Source: an uncultured Hyphomicrobiales bacterium (GTDB lineage Bacteria; Pseudomonadota; Alphaproteobacteria; Rhizobiales; Xanthobacteraceae). From it: 64,000 bases of DNA. Position numbers and translations under genes: made by a program. Below, in pieces: positions 53,025 to 62,890 of the stretch. Location of the stretch: positions 7,418-71,417 of the forward strand of contig CAYWCE010000004.1 in the NCBI GenBank assembly GCA_964456755.1, in the 5' to 3' direction. The notes beneath the pieces are model-generated. The model ran no database searches. It was not told where the DNA came from and saw only the letters and a program-made list of their open reading frames with translations. Within the stretch, counting starts at the first letter, position 1. Each line of letters begins with the position of its first letter.

Positions 53025-53795
53025 TCACTTCCGGTGAATGGCAAAATTGCCGAACGCCTGCATCACCGGCATCATCTGCATGCGGTTGATGTTGAGGTGG
53101 CGCGGCAGCGTGCAGGTCCAGAAAATCGTCTCGGCGATATCGTCGGCCGACATCGGCTGCAGCCCCTTGTAGGGCAAACCAGCCTTGTCGGCGTCGCCCT
53201 TGAAGCGAACCAGCGAGAATTCCGTCTCCGCCATGCCCGGCTCGATGCTGGTGACGCGCACGTTTTTCCCGAGCAGGTCGGCACGCAGGTTGAGGGCGAG
53301 TTGCTTCACGAAGGCCTTGGTCGCCCCATAGACGTTGCCGCCGGGATAGGGATAGTCGCCGGCAACCGAGCCGATCAGGATCACATGCCCTTGGTCGCGC
53401 GCGACCATGCCGGGCAAAAGCGCGCGCACGGTATAAAGCAGGCCCTTGATGTTGGTATCGACCATCTCCTCCCAGTCGGCGAGATCGGCATCCTGTGCGG
53501 CTTCAAGCCCGAGCGCGAGCCCGGCATTGGCGACGCAGACATTGACATCGCGGAAGGCCGCCGGCAGATCGGCCACCGCCTTGTCCACCGCCTTGCGGTC
53601 GCGCACGTCGAAGACGGCGACGTGGCAGCGCTCGCCGATGCTCTTCTGCAGCGCCTCAAGCCGGTCGGCGCGGCGGCCGGTAGCGACGACGCGCGCGCCG
53701 GCTTCCGCAAAGCGGCGGCACACGGCCGCGCCGAAGCCCGCGGTCGCGCCGGTGACGAAAGCCGTCAATGTCTTCGGGTCGAGCATCGAAATCAT
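53025..53795 (-). CDS. SDR oxidoreductase, YdfG-like (NADP-dependent 3-hydroxy acid dehydrogenase)
   Basis: TGATAGFG, NAGLALG, YPGGNVYGATK, EPGMAETEFS. Confidence 0.88.
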   Translation of the reverse strand: MISMLDPKTLTAFVTGATAGFGAAVCRRFAEAGARVVATGRRADRLEALQKSIGERCHVAVFDVRDRKAVDKAVADLPAAFRDVNVCVANAGLALGLEAAQDADLADWEEMVDTNIKGLLYTVRALLPGMVARDQGHVILIGSVAGDYPYPGGNVYGATKAFVKQLALNLRADLLGKNVRVTSIEPGMAETEFSLVRFKGDADKAGLPYKGLQPMSADDIAETIFWTCTLPRHLNINRMQMMPVMQAFGNFAIHRK

Positions 53796-53816
53796 CTGCA
53801 GGTCCTCGCTTGAAGG

Positions 53817-54542
53817 TCAGGTCGCGGTCAGGCCGCCATCGATAACGAATTCAGCGCCGGTGACAAAGCCGGATTCGTCGCCGAGCAGATAAACGCACAG
53901 ATCCGCCACTTCCTCCGCCGTACCCAGACGCCGCAGCGGGACCGCGCCCACCATGCGCTGCCGCGCCCTGAGCGCGTCGGTTGACGCATCGAGCAGCGAC
54001 TGCGTCATGGCGCCTTCGAGAAATGCCGGGTGCACCGAATTGCACCGCACTTTCGGATCCGACCGCGCCCCATGCATGGCGATCGACTTGGTGAGCAGCC
54101 GGACTCCGCCCTTGGAGGCGTTGTAGGCGGCCAGATTGTGGCCTCCGACCAGGCCCGAGACCGAGGAGACATTGACGATGGAGCCGCCGCGCTTCTTGAG
54201 TAGCGGCATGGCATATTTGCAGCCGAGAAACGTCCCTTCGAGATTGACCGCGAGCACGCGGCGGAAGTCGTCGAGACTCGTGTCCTCGATGCTGCCGAGC
54301 AGGACGATACCGGCTGCGTTGACAAGACCGTCGAGATGCCCGTGCTCGCGCGCGATCCGCTCGCAGATGGCGATCCAGTCCCGCTCGCGCGTGACGTCGA
54401 GCGCGTCGTGCACCGGCCCTCCCGCGTTCAGGTCCGTGGCGACGGCGCGGCCGCCCTCGCGCGCGACCGCGCGGCAGAGCGCGAGACCGACGGCGCCCGA
54501 GGCACCGGTGACGAGGATGGTCTTGTCGAACAGGCGCGGCAT
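53817..54542 (-). CDS. SDR oxidoreductase (hydroxysteroid dehydrogenase-like)
   Basis: TGASGAVG, VNAAG, AYNASKGG, IDGG; start at MPRLFDK (54542). Confidence 0.87.
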   Translation of the reverse strand: MPRLFDKTILVTGASGAVGLALCRAVAREGGRAVATDLNAGGPVHDALDVTRERDWIAICERIAREHGHLDGLVNAAGIVLLGSIEDTSLDDFRRVLAVNLEGTFLGCKYAMPLLKKRGGSIVNVSSVSGLVGGHNLAAYNASKGGVRLLTKSIAMHGARSDPKVRCNSVHPAFLEGAMTQSLLDASTDALRARQRMVGAVPLRRLGTAEEVADLCVYLLGDESGFVTGAEFVIDGGLTAT

Positions 54543-54559
54543 GTCCGTCCGCACTCCGC

Positions 54560-55357
54560 TCAGATATTGCCGAAGTCGCCGCCGCGGCCCTTGCCCTCGG
54601 CAAAACGCCTGGCGCCTTCGGTGCCCGACAGCGCGACCATGGCAACCGAATTCGTCCATTCCGCGCGCAATGCCGCCTGCTCGTGCAATCCCTCCTGCAG
54701 ATAGCAGGACCGCCTGTCGGCGCGCATGCAGGCCTGCGGAAAGCGCGCGATCTCGTGCGCAAGCTCCTCGGCCGCCTGCCGCGCTTCTCCGGCCGGGACC
54801 AGCCGCTCGCACAGCCCGATGCGGTGGCATTCCTCGGCCGGCACCTTGCGGCCGGTCATCACGATGTCGAGCGCGCGACCGCGTCCGACGATGCGCGGCA
54901 GCCGCACGGTGCCGCCGTCGATCAGCGGCACGCCCCAGCGCCGGCAATAGACGCCCATATAGGCGCCGGCCTCCATCACCCGCAGGTCGCACCACAGCGC
55001 AAGCTCCATGCCGCCGGCGACGGCGGGACCGGCAATCGCCGCGATCACCGGCTTGGAGAGCTGCAGCCGCGTCGGTCCCATCGGTCCGCGCGGCACCGCT
55101 CCCTCGTCCTCGGGGAAATCGAGATGGCCGAGCGGATTCTCCCTGCCGCCGAGCGAGGCTGCGTATTTGAGGTCGAAGCCGGAGCAGAAGGCGCCGCCGG
55201 CGCCGTAGAGTACGGCGACGGATTGCGAGGGATCGGCGTCGAAATCCAGGAATGCCCGGGTCAGCGCATCGGCGCTGTCGGGGTCCATGGCGTTGCGCGC
55301 CTCGCGCCGGTCGCGCACGATCGTGGTGACGGGTCCGCTGCGTTCGACAGAGATCAC
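54560..55357 (-). CDS. Crotonase/enoyl-CoA hydratase family protein
   Basis: FCSGFDL, KPVIAAIAGPAVAGGMELALWCD, GVPLIDGG; GTG 55357 after AGGGGAG. Confidence 0.88.
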   Translation of the reverse strand: MISVERSGPVTTIVRDRREARNAMDPDSADALTRAFLDFDADPSQSVAVLYGAGGAFCSGFDLKYAASLGGRENPLGHLDFPEDEGAVPRGPMGPTRLQLSKPVIAAIAGPAVAGGMELALWCDLRVMEAGAYMGVYCRRWGVPLIDGGTVRLPRIVGRGRALDIVMTGRKVPAEECHRIGLCERLVPAGEARQAAEELAHEIARFPQACMRADRRSCYLQEGLHEQAALRAEWTNSVAMVALSGTEGARRFAEGKGRGGDFGNI

Positions 55358-55437
55358 GACATTCTCCCCTCTATCCTTTGAGCCCAAAACCTGCATTCTT
55401 CCAATTGACCGCCTCCATGTCCTGATGCAACAATAGG

Positions 55438-57615
55438 TTGTATCGGGAGGGCTCTGCGGTGGTTGCCTGGCATCGGCTCCGACGAACATCGACGCTCGTT
55501 GGCATCTCGCTTCTTATCGGTCAGGCGGTCGCAAGCGCCGCACATGCGCAAAGCATCGCATGGCAAGTCGACAACCCGTTCCGTTTCTACCGTTACAAAT
55601 CGGATTTTGAAATCCAGCGCTGGGCCTATCGCGAACTCAGCGACGCCGACAGGCGCGACAATCCCGTCAGCAAGATCGAGCGGAAGCTCAACCATCCGAA
55701 ATGGTGGGACACGCTTCACCCGAGCGGACAAACCTACAAGGAAGAGCTTGCCGCGCTCCGCAAAGCGGAAGGACGGCAGCCTTTCGCCCATGACCCTCGG
55801 CTCGGCTGGGCCTCGCTGCTGCGGCCAGGCCGCTATGACACCTGCTGGCGCGCCAACCTGCAGACGCATAAGGGCTGCAGCTCGCCAACTATCGACCTGC
55901 GCGGGGGTACCTACCTCGATCCCAAAGCGCATGCCGTGACGATCTGGAGACCGCAGGGCGCCGCCAACCAAACTTGCCGCTGGAGCGCATCGCAGCCGAT
56001 CTTTCCCGCCGGCCCCAACCTGATGACCGCCGGCACGACCCAGCCCTGCGATCAGCGCCTTCCGGCGATCGTGCCGGCTAAAACAAAAGTCCAGCTTACA
56101 CTGGATGACGGTACGGCCGCGCCATTGCGCACGGATATCGAGGTGCGGGACCTGCTGATCGTCGGCCTCGGCGATTCCTATTCGTCGGGCGAAGGCAATC
56201 CGGACGTGCCGGTGCCGCTCGATCCGGCGAACGGAATCGCACCGGCTTTCGACGAAACGAGCAAGACCTACCGCCGCGACGTCGCCTTTCCCCGCCGCCG
56301 CTCGCCCGACGTTCCGGCGCAATGGCTCGACCGCAAATGCCACCGCAGCATCTATGCGTGGCAAGCGCGCACCGCGCTCGCCGTCGCGCTGCAGGAGCCG
56401 CAGCACCAGTCGGTGGCATTCCTGTCGCTCGCCTGCAGCGGCGCGGAAGTGCTGGAAGGGATGCTCTATCCCTACGAGGGACGCGAAACGCTTGACTCCA
56501 GCAGACTGCCGGCAGAAGGGCGGGACCGTCTGAAGCGGTCGCAGCTCGATGCCATCGTCGACGAACTCTGCATGGTGCCGTCCGGCGCGCCGGCCTCGAT
56601 CGGGCCGGGCACCATGCTTCACGAGCAGGACGAGTGGGTGGTTGAAAAGCCGTCCACCCCGCGTGATCACATCGCGGTGCGCACCTGCCCGAAAAACAAG
56701 ATGCGCAGCGTCGATCTGCTTCTGCTCAGCATCGGAGGCAACGATGTCGGCTTCTCGCGGCTGATCGCCGATACCGTCGCGCAGAACGGCTTCAGCCATG
56801 CCTGCGTCGGCAGGACCTGCTATTCACGCGATCTCGTGCGCGGTCTCGCAAAGGTCGTTTCCGTGGACGAAAGCCGGCCGAAAAACCCCTCGGCTACTGT
56901 CCGGCTGGAGCAGCATCTGCCGCCCCGCTACGAATTCCTGAAAAAGGCCTTTGCCGAACGTCTGAAGCTCACCGACGACGATCCCAAGCGCATCGTGTTC
57001 GTCGGATATCCGTCGCCGCTGGTCAAGACAGCCGGAAGCCCGGTCGCCGGCAACCTGTGCGGGACGGGTCGCGACACGATGACGGTGTCGGAAGTTTACG
57101 AAATCAAGTCGGCGGACACGATCCGGAAGGTGCACACATTCGTCGAGGACAAGCTCATTCCGTCGATCAGGCAATTGGCCTCCGGCTGGACCTGGGTTGA
57201 CGGGCACCGGGAGCGGTTTGTCGGCCACGGCTTCTGCTCGTCCGCACCCGACGGCCCCAACGAGAGCGGCGGAGGCTCGGCGGAGAAGCTGGCCATGCCC
57301 CATACCACATTCTTGCCGACGGACCCGTGGAAGGTCTATGATCCCCGGATCCTGCATCCATACGAGAGCCGCGCCCGCTGGTTCCGCACCTTCAACGACG
57401 ACTATGTGATCACGAATTATGCGAAACGGCGTTTTGATATTCGCCCGCTCGGACGCGACGATAGCGGGCGCTCCGCCGAATATGCCCATCCGGCCAATCT
57501 GATCGAGCAGACGCTGGGCGGCCCCATGCATCCGACGGCGGAGGGTCATTCGCACATGGCGGATGCCGCCACGAAGACCGCGCGCGATGTGCTCAAACTT
57601 GGCGCCCAACCGTAG
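55438..57615 (+). CDS. Large secreted SGNH/GDSL-like hydrolase
   Basis: Signal-like segment ending AHAQ; GLGDSYSSGEG (block I), ACSGA (II), SIGGNDVGF (III), MHPTAEGH (V); exact start uncertain. Confidence 0.75.
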   Translation: MYREGSAVVAWHRLRRTSTLVGISLLIGQAVASAAHAQSIAWQVDNPFRFYRYKSDFEIQRWAYRELSDADRRDNPVSKIERKLNHPKWWDTLHPSGQTYKEELAALRKAEGRQPFAHDPRLGWASLLRPGRYDTCWRANLQTHKGCSSPTIDLRGGTYLDPKAHAVTIWRPQGAANQTCRWSASQPIFPAGPNLMTAGTTQPCDQRLPAIVPAKTKVQLTLDDGTAAPLRTDIEVRDLLIVGLGDSYSSGEGNPDVPVPLDPANGIAPAFDETSKTYRRDVAFPRRRSPDVPAQWLDRKCHRSIYAWQARTALAVALQEPQHQSVAFLSLACSGAEVLEGMLYPYEGRETLDSSRLPAEGRDRLKRSQLDAIVDELCMVPSGAPASIGPGTMLHEQDEWVVEKPSTPRDHIAVRTCPKNKMRSVDLLLLSIGGNDVGFSRLIADTVAQNGFSHACVGRTCYSRDLVRGLAKVVSVDESRPKNPSATVRLEQHLPPRYEFLKKAFAERLKLTDDDPKRIVFVGYPSPLVKTAGSPVAGNLCGTGRDTMTVSEVYEIKSADTIRKVHTFVEDKLIPSIRQLASGWTWVDGHRERFVGHGFCSSAPDGPNESGGGSAEKLAMPHTTFLPTDPWKVYDPRILHPYESRARWFRTFNDDYVITNYAKRRFDIRPLGRDDSGRSAEYAHPANLIEQTLGGPMHPTAEGHSHMADAATKTARDVLKLGAQP

Positions 57616-57626
57616 GTCGGATTGGA

Positions 57627-58946
57627 TCAATTCAGCCAGCGCACCAGCACGAGAGCCATCACCGGGAAAGCGGTGACCAGCGCCAGCCGCACGATGTCGG
57701 CGGCGATGAAAGGCAGCACGCCGCGATAGATCGAGAAGATCGGCACGTCGCGGGCGATGGCCGAGACCACAAACACGTTGAGCCCGATCGGCGGGCAGGT
57801 CAGGCCGATGCCGACGACGATGAGCACGAGAATGCCGAACCAGATCGCGGTTTCTTCGGCCGGCAGGCCGAAATCGAGCGCAGCGACGATCGGAAAGAAC
57901 ACGGGCAGGGTGAGCAGGATCATCGCCAGTTCGTCCATCACCGCGCCGAGCAGTATGTAGAACAGCAGCAGCATGGCCATGATGCCGAAGGGCGGCAGGC
58001 CGGTGGCGGCGACGAATTCGGCGGCCCGGGCGGGCAGTTGCGAATGCGCGAGGAAGGAATCGAACAGTTCGGAGCCGAGGATGATGGCGAAAATCATCGC
58101 CGAGGTATCTGCCGTCTGCAGCAGCGCGTCCTTGAACTCGGTCCAGCCGAAACGGCTCTGCGTCGCCGCGATCGCCAGCATAGAGATGGCGCCGACGGCA
58201 GCACCCTCCGTCGGCGTGAACACGCCGCCATAGATGCCGCCCACCACCACGAAAGCGACGATCACCACCGGCCACACCGCCAGCAGCGCCGTCACGCGCT
58301 CGCGCGCGGTCATGCGCGCATGGCCCGGTCCGTCCTGCGGACGCCACCGCATCAGGATCGCAATGACGATACAATGGAAGATCGCGGCAAGCAGGCCGGG
58401 AATGAGCGCCGCCTGGAACAGCTTGGCGATGTTCTGCTCGGTCGTGATCGCGTAGACGACGAGGATGATGGAGGGGGGAATGAGGATGCCGAGCGTGCCG
58501 CCGATGGCGACCGTCCCGGTTGCGAAGCTTTGCGAATAACCGTAGCGGCGGAATTCCGGCAGCGTTGCGCGTGCGAAGGTCGCGGTGGTCGCGACCGACG
58601 AACCGCAAATTGCGCCGAAAGCGGTACAGGCGCCGATCACCGCCATGCCCATGCCGCCGGGGCGGTGGCCGATCAGGCTGGCGGCCGCGTTGAACAGCTT
58701 GGTCGACAGCCCGGAGCGCTCGGCGAGCGCGCCCATGAGAATGAACAGGGGAATGACCGACAGCGTATAATTCGAGAACAGGTAGTAAGGCGTCGAATTC
58801 ATGAAGCTGAGATAGGCGTTCCAGCTGGTGAAATAGATGTAGCCGGCGCTGCCGGTCACCAGCATGGCGAGTCCGACCGGCATGCGAATGCCGATCAGCA
58901 GCAGCATGACGGCAAAGCCCAAACCGGCGATGACGATGCCGCTCAT
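57627..58946 (-). CDS. dctM: TRAP transporter large permease
   Basis: IPLFILMG, FGAICGSSVAT, GGTLGILIPPS, FTPTE, TCPPIGLNVFV. Confidence 0.92.
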   Translation of the reverse strand: MSGIVIAGLGFAVMLLLIGIRMPVGLAMLVTGSAGYIYFTSWNAYLSFMNSTPYYLFSNYTLSVIPLFILMGALAERSGLSTKLFNAAASLIGHRPGGMGMAVIGACTAFGAICGSSVATTATFARATLPEFRRYGYSQSFATGTVAIGGTLGILIPPSIILVVYAITTEQNIAKLFQAALIPGLLAAIFHCIVIAILMRWRPQDGPGHARMTARERVTALLAVWPVVIVAFVVVGGIYGGVFTPTEGAAVGAISMLAIAATQSRFGWTEFKDALLQTADTSAMIFAIILGSELFDSFLAHSQLPARAAEFVAATGLPPFGIMAMLLLFYILLGAVMDELAMILLTLPVFFPIVAALDFGLPAEETAIWFGILVLIVVGIGLTCPPIGLNVFVVSAIARDVPIFSIYRGVLPFIAADIVRLALVTAFPVMALVLVRWLN

Positions 58947-59452
58947 CGGCCATTCCGCAAGATGCGCCAGGCGGTGGCGAGCCCGACCAGCGCAAGGAAG
59001 CCGGCCATCACCGCGCAGGCGGCGATCGCCCAGCCGACGGGGAGGCCCAGCATCATGGAGACGGTGTTGCTGCGGACCGTATCCCAGGCGCCGACGCCGA
59101 GCCGCCAGGCGATGATGACGGCCATGAACACGTAGACGAGATCCCAGAGCGCATCGAGGCCGTTGCGCAGCCAGGCCGGCAGACGGGTGGTGAAGGTGTC
59201 GACGACGATATTGCCGCGCCGCGACTGGCACAGCGGCAGGAACGCGAATATCGCGAGCGCCGTGCCGATCTGCACCAGCTCGATGTCGCCGGGCACCGAA
59301 CGGTTGACCAGCCAGCGCATGACGACGCTGACCGTCACCATGACCGCGACGCCGACCATCAGCATGCCGCCGAGAATGGCGAGAGGACGCGTGAGGGCGG
59401 CGAGCGGTCCTTCACGGACCTGCCCGCCGCCCTCGCCGGATGCCTGCGACAT
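58943..59452 (-). CDS. dctQ: TRAP transporter small permease
   Basis: Four TM segments, PGDIEL, GNIVVD. Confidence 0.88.
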   Translation of the reverse strand: MSQASGEGGGQVREGPLAALTRPLAILGGMLMVGVAVMVTVSVVMRWLVNRSVPGDIELVQIGTALAIFAFLPLCQSRRGNIVVDTFTTRLPAWLRNGLDALWDLVYVFMAVIIAWRLGVGAWDTVRSNTVSMMLGLPVGWAIAACAVMAGFLALVGLATAWRILRNGR

Positions 59453-59461
59453 CTAATTCGC

Positions 59462-60511
59462 TCAGGCGCTGGCGTGCTTGGACAGCAATGCCTTGGCGTC
59501 GGCCAAAAGCTTCTCGCCGTTCAGCCCCTTGTCCTTGGCCTGTTTGAGCCAGGCATCGACCACGGGCTGCGTCGCCTTCTGCCAGTTGGCGGCCTCGCCC
59601 TTGTCGAGCAGGGTGACGGTGTTGCCGCGCTTCTTCACGATCTCCTCGACCTTCAGCGCCTGCTCGTCCCACATCTTGCCGGCGGCGGTCGCGAAGGGCA
59701 TGCCCGAATTCGCGTCGACCACCTTTTTCAGATCGGCCGGCAGCGATTCGTACTTCGCCTTGTTCATGGCGATGATGAATGTCGCGGTATAGAGCGTCGG
59801 CGAACCGGGAATTTCCGTATGGAATTTCACCAGTTCGTGCACCTTGATCGCAGGCACAACCTCCCACGGCACGACGCAGCCGTCGAGCACGCGCTGCGCC
59901 AGCGCTTCGGGCACCTGCGGGATCGGCATCGGGATGCCGTTGGCGCCGAGCGCCTTCAGCGCATCGCCGGCAAGCCGCGTCGGCGAACGCAGCTTCAGGC
60001 CCTTCATGTCGTCCATGCTCTTGATCTGCTTGTTGGCATGGATCAGGCCGTGGTCGTGCGCCCATACGCAGAGCGGATGCACTTCCTTGAACTCGTCGCC
60101 GATATGCGTCTGGTAGAATTCCTGCACCGCGCGCGCATTCGACACGCCGCTCTTGTTGGCGACGAAAGGAAGCTCGAACACTTCAAGGCGCGGAAAGCGG
60201 CCCGGCGTCGAACCCGGCAGCGTCCAGGTGATGTCGGCGACGCCGTCGCGCGCCTGATCGTAAAGCTGCGGCGGCGTGCCGCCGAGCTGCATGGACGGGA
60301 AAATGTCGATCTTCAGCCGGCCGCCGGATTCCTGCTCTACCTTTTTCACCCACGGCAGCAGCAGATGCTGATGCACGTTGGAGACAGGCGGCAGGAAGTG
60401 GTGGAATTTGAGCGTGACCTGCGGTGCCTGGGCAAAGGCGGAACGCGCAATCGCTGGCGCAGCGACGGCAGCGCCGGCGACTTTCAGAAACTGGCGTCGA
60501 TGTAGCGACAT
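59462..60511 (-). CDS. dctP: TRAP transporter substrate-binding protein (Tat signal)
   Basis: RRQFLK twin-arginine signal; FPSMQLGG, DQARDGVAD, TPGRFP, GLKLRSP. Confidence 0.92.
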   Translation of the reverse strand: MSLHRRQFLKVAGAAVAAPAIARSAFAQAPQVTLKFHHFLPPVSNVHQHLLLPWVKKVEQESGGRLKIDIFPSMQLGGTPPQLYDQARDGVADITWTLPGSTPGRFPRLEVFELPFVANKSGVSNARAVQEFYQTHIGDEFKEVHPLCVWAHDHGLIHANKQIKSMDDMKGLKLRSPTRLAGDALKALGANGIPMPIPQVPEALAQRVLDGCVVPWEVVPAIKVHELVKFHTEIPGSPTLYTATFIIAMNKAKYESLPADLKKVVDANSGMPFATAAGKMWDEQALKVEEIVKKRGNTVTLLDKGEAANWQKATQPVVDAWLKQAKDKGLNGEKLLADAKALLSKHASA

Positions 60512-60697
60512 GAATCTCCTCCCGTACGGCTCAGTCGGTGCAGAGCCGTGTCGTTGAACGTGTCCAATCACTCTTACCGATTTGCCCACTTCGGTCCAGT
60601 GCCTCTGCCCACCTAGGACGACAGGACGCAATCCGGCAAGCGGGCAAAATGCAAGTGCAGCAGGATTTTGTACCGGTGCGCGCGGCCGCGGGTGCGC

Positions 60698-61141
60698 TTA
60701 CCGCACGTGCGCAGCATAAGCGCCGCGCTCGGGTTCGAACGGAGCCTCGATGACACCGATCGACGCGCCGAGCGAGACAAGCCATGCCTCGGTTGCAGCA
60801 TCGCGACGGATGCGCAGGCGGCGTGCATGCAATTCCGCAGGAATATGCCGGTCGCCGATCTGCCAGGCGAGATGCGCGAGCGCGGACAATCCGGCCGCCC
60901 GTATCTCGGCAAGCGGCTCCGGCCTGGCAACGACCTCGACGAACGTGCCGTCGTCGAGCACGAGGCGATCGTCGTGGCGCAATTGCCAGCGCGCCGCTGC
61001 CTGCATGTCGACGGTCGTGCCGTTAAGACCGCGCAGCGTCGGCGGCGGCGCCTGTCTCGCAGCATAGTCGAGCAGCACCGCATCGATCGCACGGCCGTCA
61101 TGCGGCGCGGCGGCCGGGATCAGGGCAACGGCGCGGCGCAT
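60698..61141 (-). CDS. UreE-like metallochaperone (orphan)
   Basis: LRHDDRLVLDDG..VEVVARPEPL, LAWQIGDRHIP, EAPFEPERGAY match the UreE pattern; no His-rich tail. Confidence 0.75.
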   Translation of the reverse strand: MRRAVALIPAAAPHDGRAIDAVLLDYAARQAPPPTLRGLNGTTVDMQAAARWQLRHDDRLVLDDGTFVEVVARPEPLAEIRAAGLSALAHLAWQIGDRHIPAELHARRLRIRRDAATEAWLVSLGASIGVIEAPFEPERGAYAAHVR

Positions 61142-62032
61142 TCAGTTGAGCCGGTCGGGCCGCCGCTCCGCATCGTCGTCGAGCAGGTCGGGAGCGGTGG
61201 CGGGGGCGACGGCTTCGGCGGCGTCCGCAGGCACCCCGGCGGCAAGACCGGCCGCCGCATCCTTGCGCTGATATTCGCGATAGGCGAACCAGCCGAAGGG
61301 AAGCGAGGCGAGATAGAGCAGCGAGCCGACGGTGAGCACCCACCACGGATAGCTGACCAGCAGCGCGACGAAGAGAACGACGACAACGAAGATCGGCAGC
61401 ACCATTTCCGGCGGAACGCGTTTGCCGACGCGCTTGCCGGAGAAAACCGGCAGCGTGGAAACCAGCAGGAACGAGATGGCCAGCGTGTAGAGTTCGGCAA
61501 GAAAATGCAGCCGCGGCACCCCGAGCAGGCTGAGATAGATCGGCAGCATGACGATGATGGCGCCGGCCGGCGCGGGGACGCCGGTGAAAAAATTCGCCGC
61601 CCAGTCGGGCTTGTTCGGATCGTCGGCCATGACATTGAAGCGCGCAAGCCGCAGCACCATGCAGATGGCGAAGACCAGCGAGGCGATCCAGCCGATCGCC
61701 CCCAGTTCCTTCAGCCCCCAGAAATAGAGAATCAGTGCGGGCACCACGCCGAAATTGACGAAGTCGGCCAGGCTGTCTAGCTCCGCCCCGAACCGCGACT
61801 GGCCCTTGAGCAGACGCGCCAGCCTCCCGTCGATGCCGTCGAGGATGGCCGCAAACACGATGGCGCCCAACGCCCATTCCAGCTTGTCTTCGATAGCGAG
61901 CCGGATTGCGGTCAGCCCGGCGCAGAGCGACAGCAGCGTGATCAGGTTCGGCAGCAGGATGCGCACGGGGATGGCGCGGAAGCGCCGCTTGCGGGCTTCC
62001 GAACGTTCGGGGTCGAGGGGCGGAAACAACAT
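61142..62032 (-). CDS. pssA: CDP-diacylglycerol-serine O-phosphatidyltransferase
   Basis: LPNLITL, DGIDGRLAR..SRFGAELDSLADFVNFGVVP, LRLARFN; adjacent to psd. Confidence 0.93.
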   Translation of the reverse strand: MLFPPLDPERSEARKRRFRAIPVRILLPNLITLLSLCAGLTAIRLAIEDKLEWALGAIVFAAILDGIDGRLARLLKGQSRFGAELDSLADFVNFGVVPALILYFWGLKELGAIGWIASLVFAICMVLRLARFNVMADDPNKPDWAANFFTGVPAPAGAIIVMLPIYLSLLGVPRLHFLAELYTLAISFLLVSTLPVFSGKRVGKRVPPEMVLPIFVVVVLFVALLVSYPWWVLTVGSLLYLASLPFGWFAYREYQRKDAAAGLAAGVPADAAEAVAPATAPDLLDDDAERRPDRLN

Positions 62033-62093
62033 CCAACAAATATAGCGATGTCGGAGGCGGCCCGCCATGCCGGCCGGCAGTCAATCGACGGCG

Positions 62094-62792
62094 TCAGCCG
62101 ATGCGGAAATTGCGGGCGGTATCGGCGGCTTTGAGGTCGGCCAGCACGGTCTCCCCGGCCAGCGCGATCTGCCCCTCCGCCACCAGGGGGCGTGTCCCCT
62201 CGGGCATGTAGACGTCCACCCGCGAGCCGAAACGGATCAGCCCGAAGCGCTCGCCCGGGCCGATCGCCTGGCCTTCCTTGACGAAGGAGACGATGCGCCG
62301 GGCGACGAGGCCGGCGATCTGCACCACCCCGATACGCACTCCGGCACCGGCAACGACCAGTCCGTTACGCTCGTTGTCCTCGCTCGCCTTGTCGAGGTCG
62401 GCGTTGATGAACTTGCCGGGCCGGTAGACGATGCGGTCGATGCGACCGCCGATCGGGCTGCGATTCACGTGGCAGTCGAACACGCTCATGAAGATGGAGA
62501 CGCGCGGCAGCGGCCGTTCGCCGAGATCAAGCTCCCTGGGCGGCACGGCATTGGTGACGCGGCTGACCCGTCCGTCCGCCGGAGAGACGACAAGGCCCTC
62601 GCGCACGGGCGTAACCCGCACCGGATCGCGGAAAAAATAGGCGCACCAGAGCGTGAGCAGGGTGCCGATCCAGCCGAGCGGCGACCACACCCAGAACAGG
62701 ACCAGGCTCGCCAGCGCAAAGGCGCCGACGAACGGGTAGCCCTCCGGGTGGACGGGGGCGAGCTGGGAGCGGACCGAGGAGACGATGGACAT
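62094..62792 (-). CDS. psd: Phosphatidylserine decarboxylase
   Basis: [30 protein letters not shown]. Confidence 0.95.
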   Translation of the reverse strand: MSIVSSVRSQLAPVHPEGYPFVGAFALASLVLFWVWSPLGWIGTLLTLWCAYFFRDPVRVTPVREGLVVSPADGRVSRVTNAVPPRELDLGERPLPRVSIFMSVFDCHVNRSPIGGRIDRIVYRPGKFINADLDKASEDNERNGLVVAGAGVRIGVVQIAGLVARRIVSFVKEGQAIGPGERFGLIRFGSRVDVYMPEGTRPLVAEGQIALAGETVLADLKAADTARNFRIG

Positions 62793-62890
62793 TTGGCGCG
62801 ATTCAACCCCTGGATATTGCTAACTGGATATCGCTAGTTGCCTCACCCTGCGCAGCGCCGCAAGGCAGGTCTCGAAGGTTCGAGCCTTGC

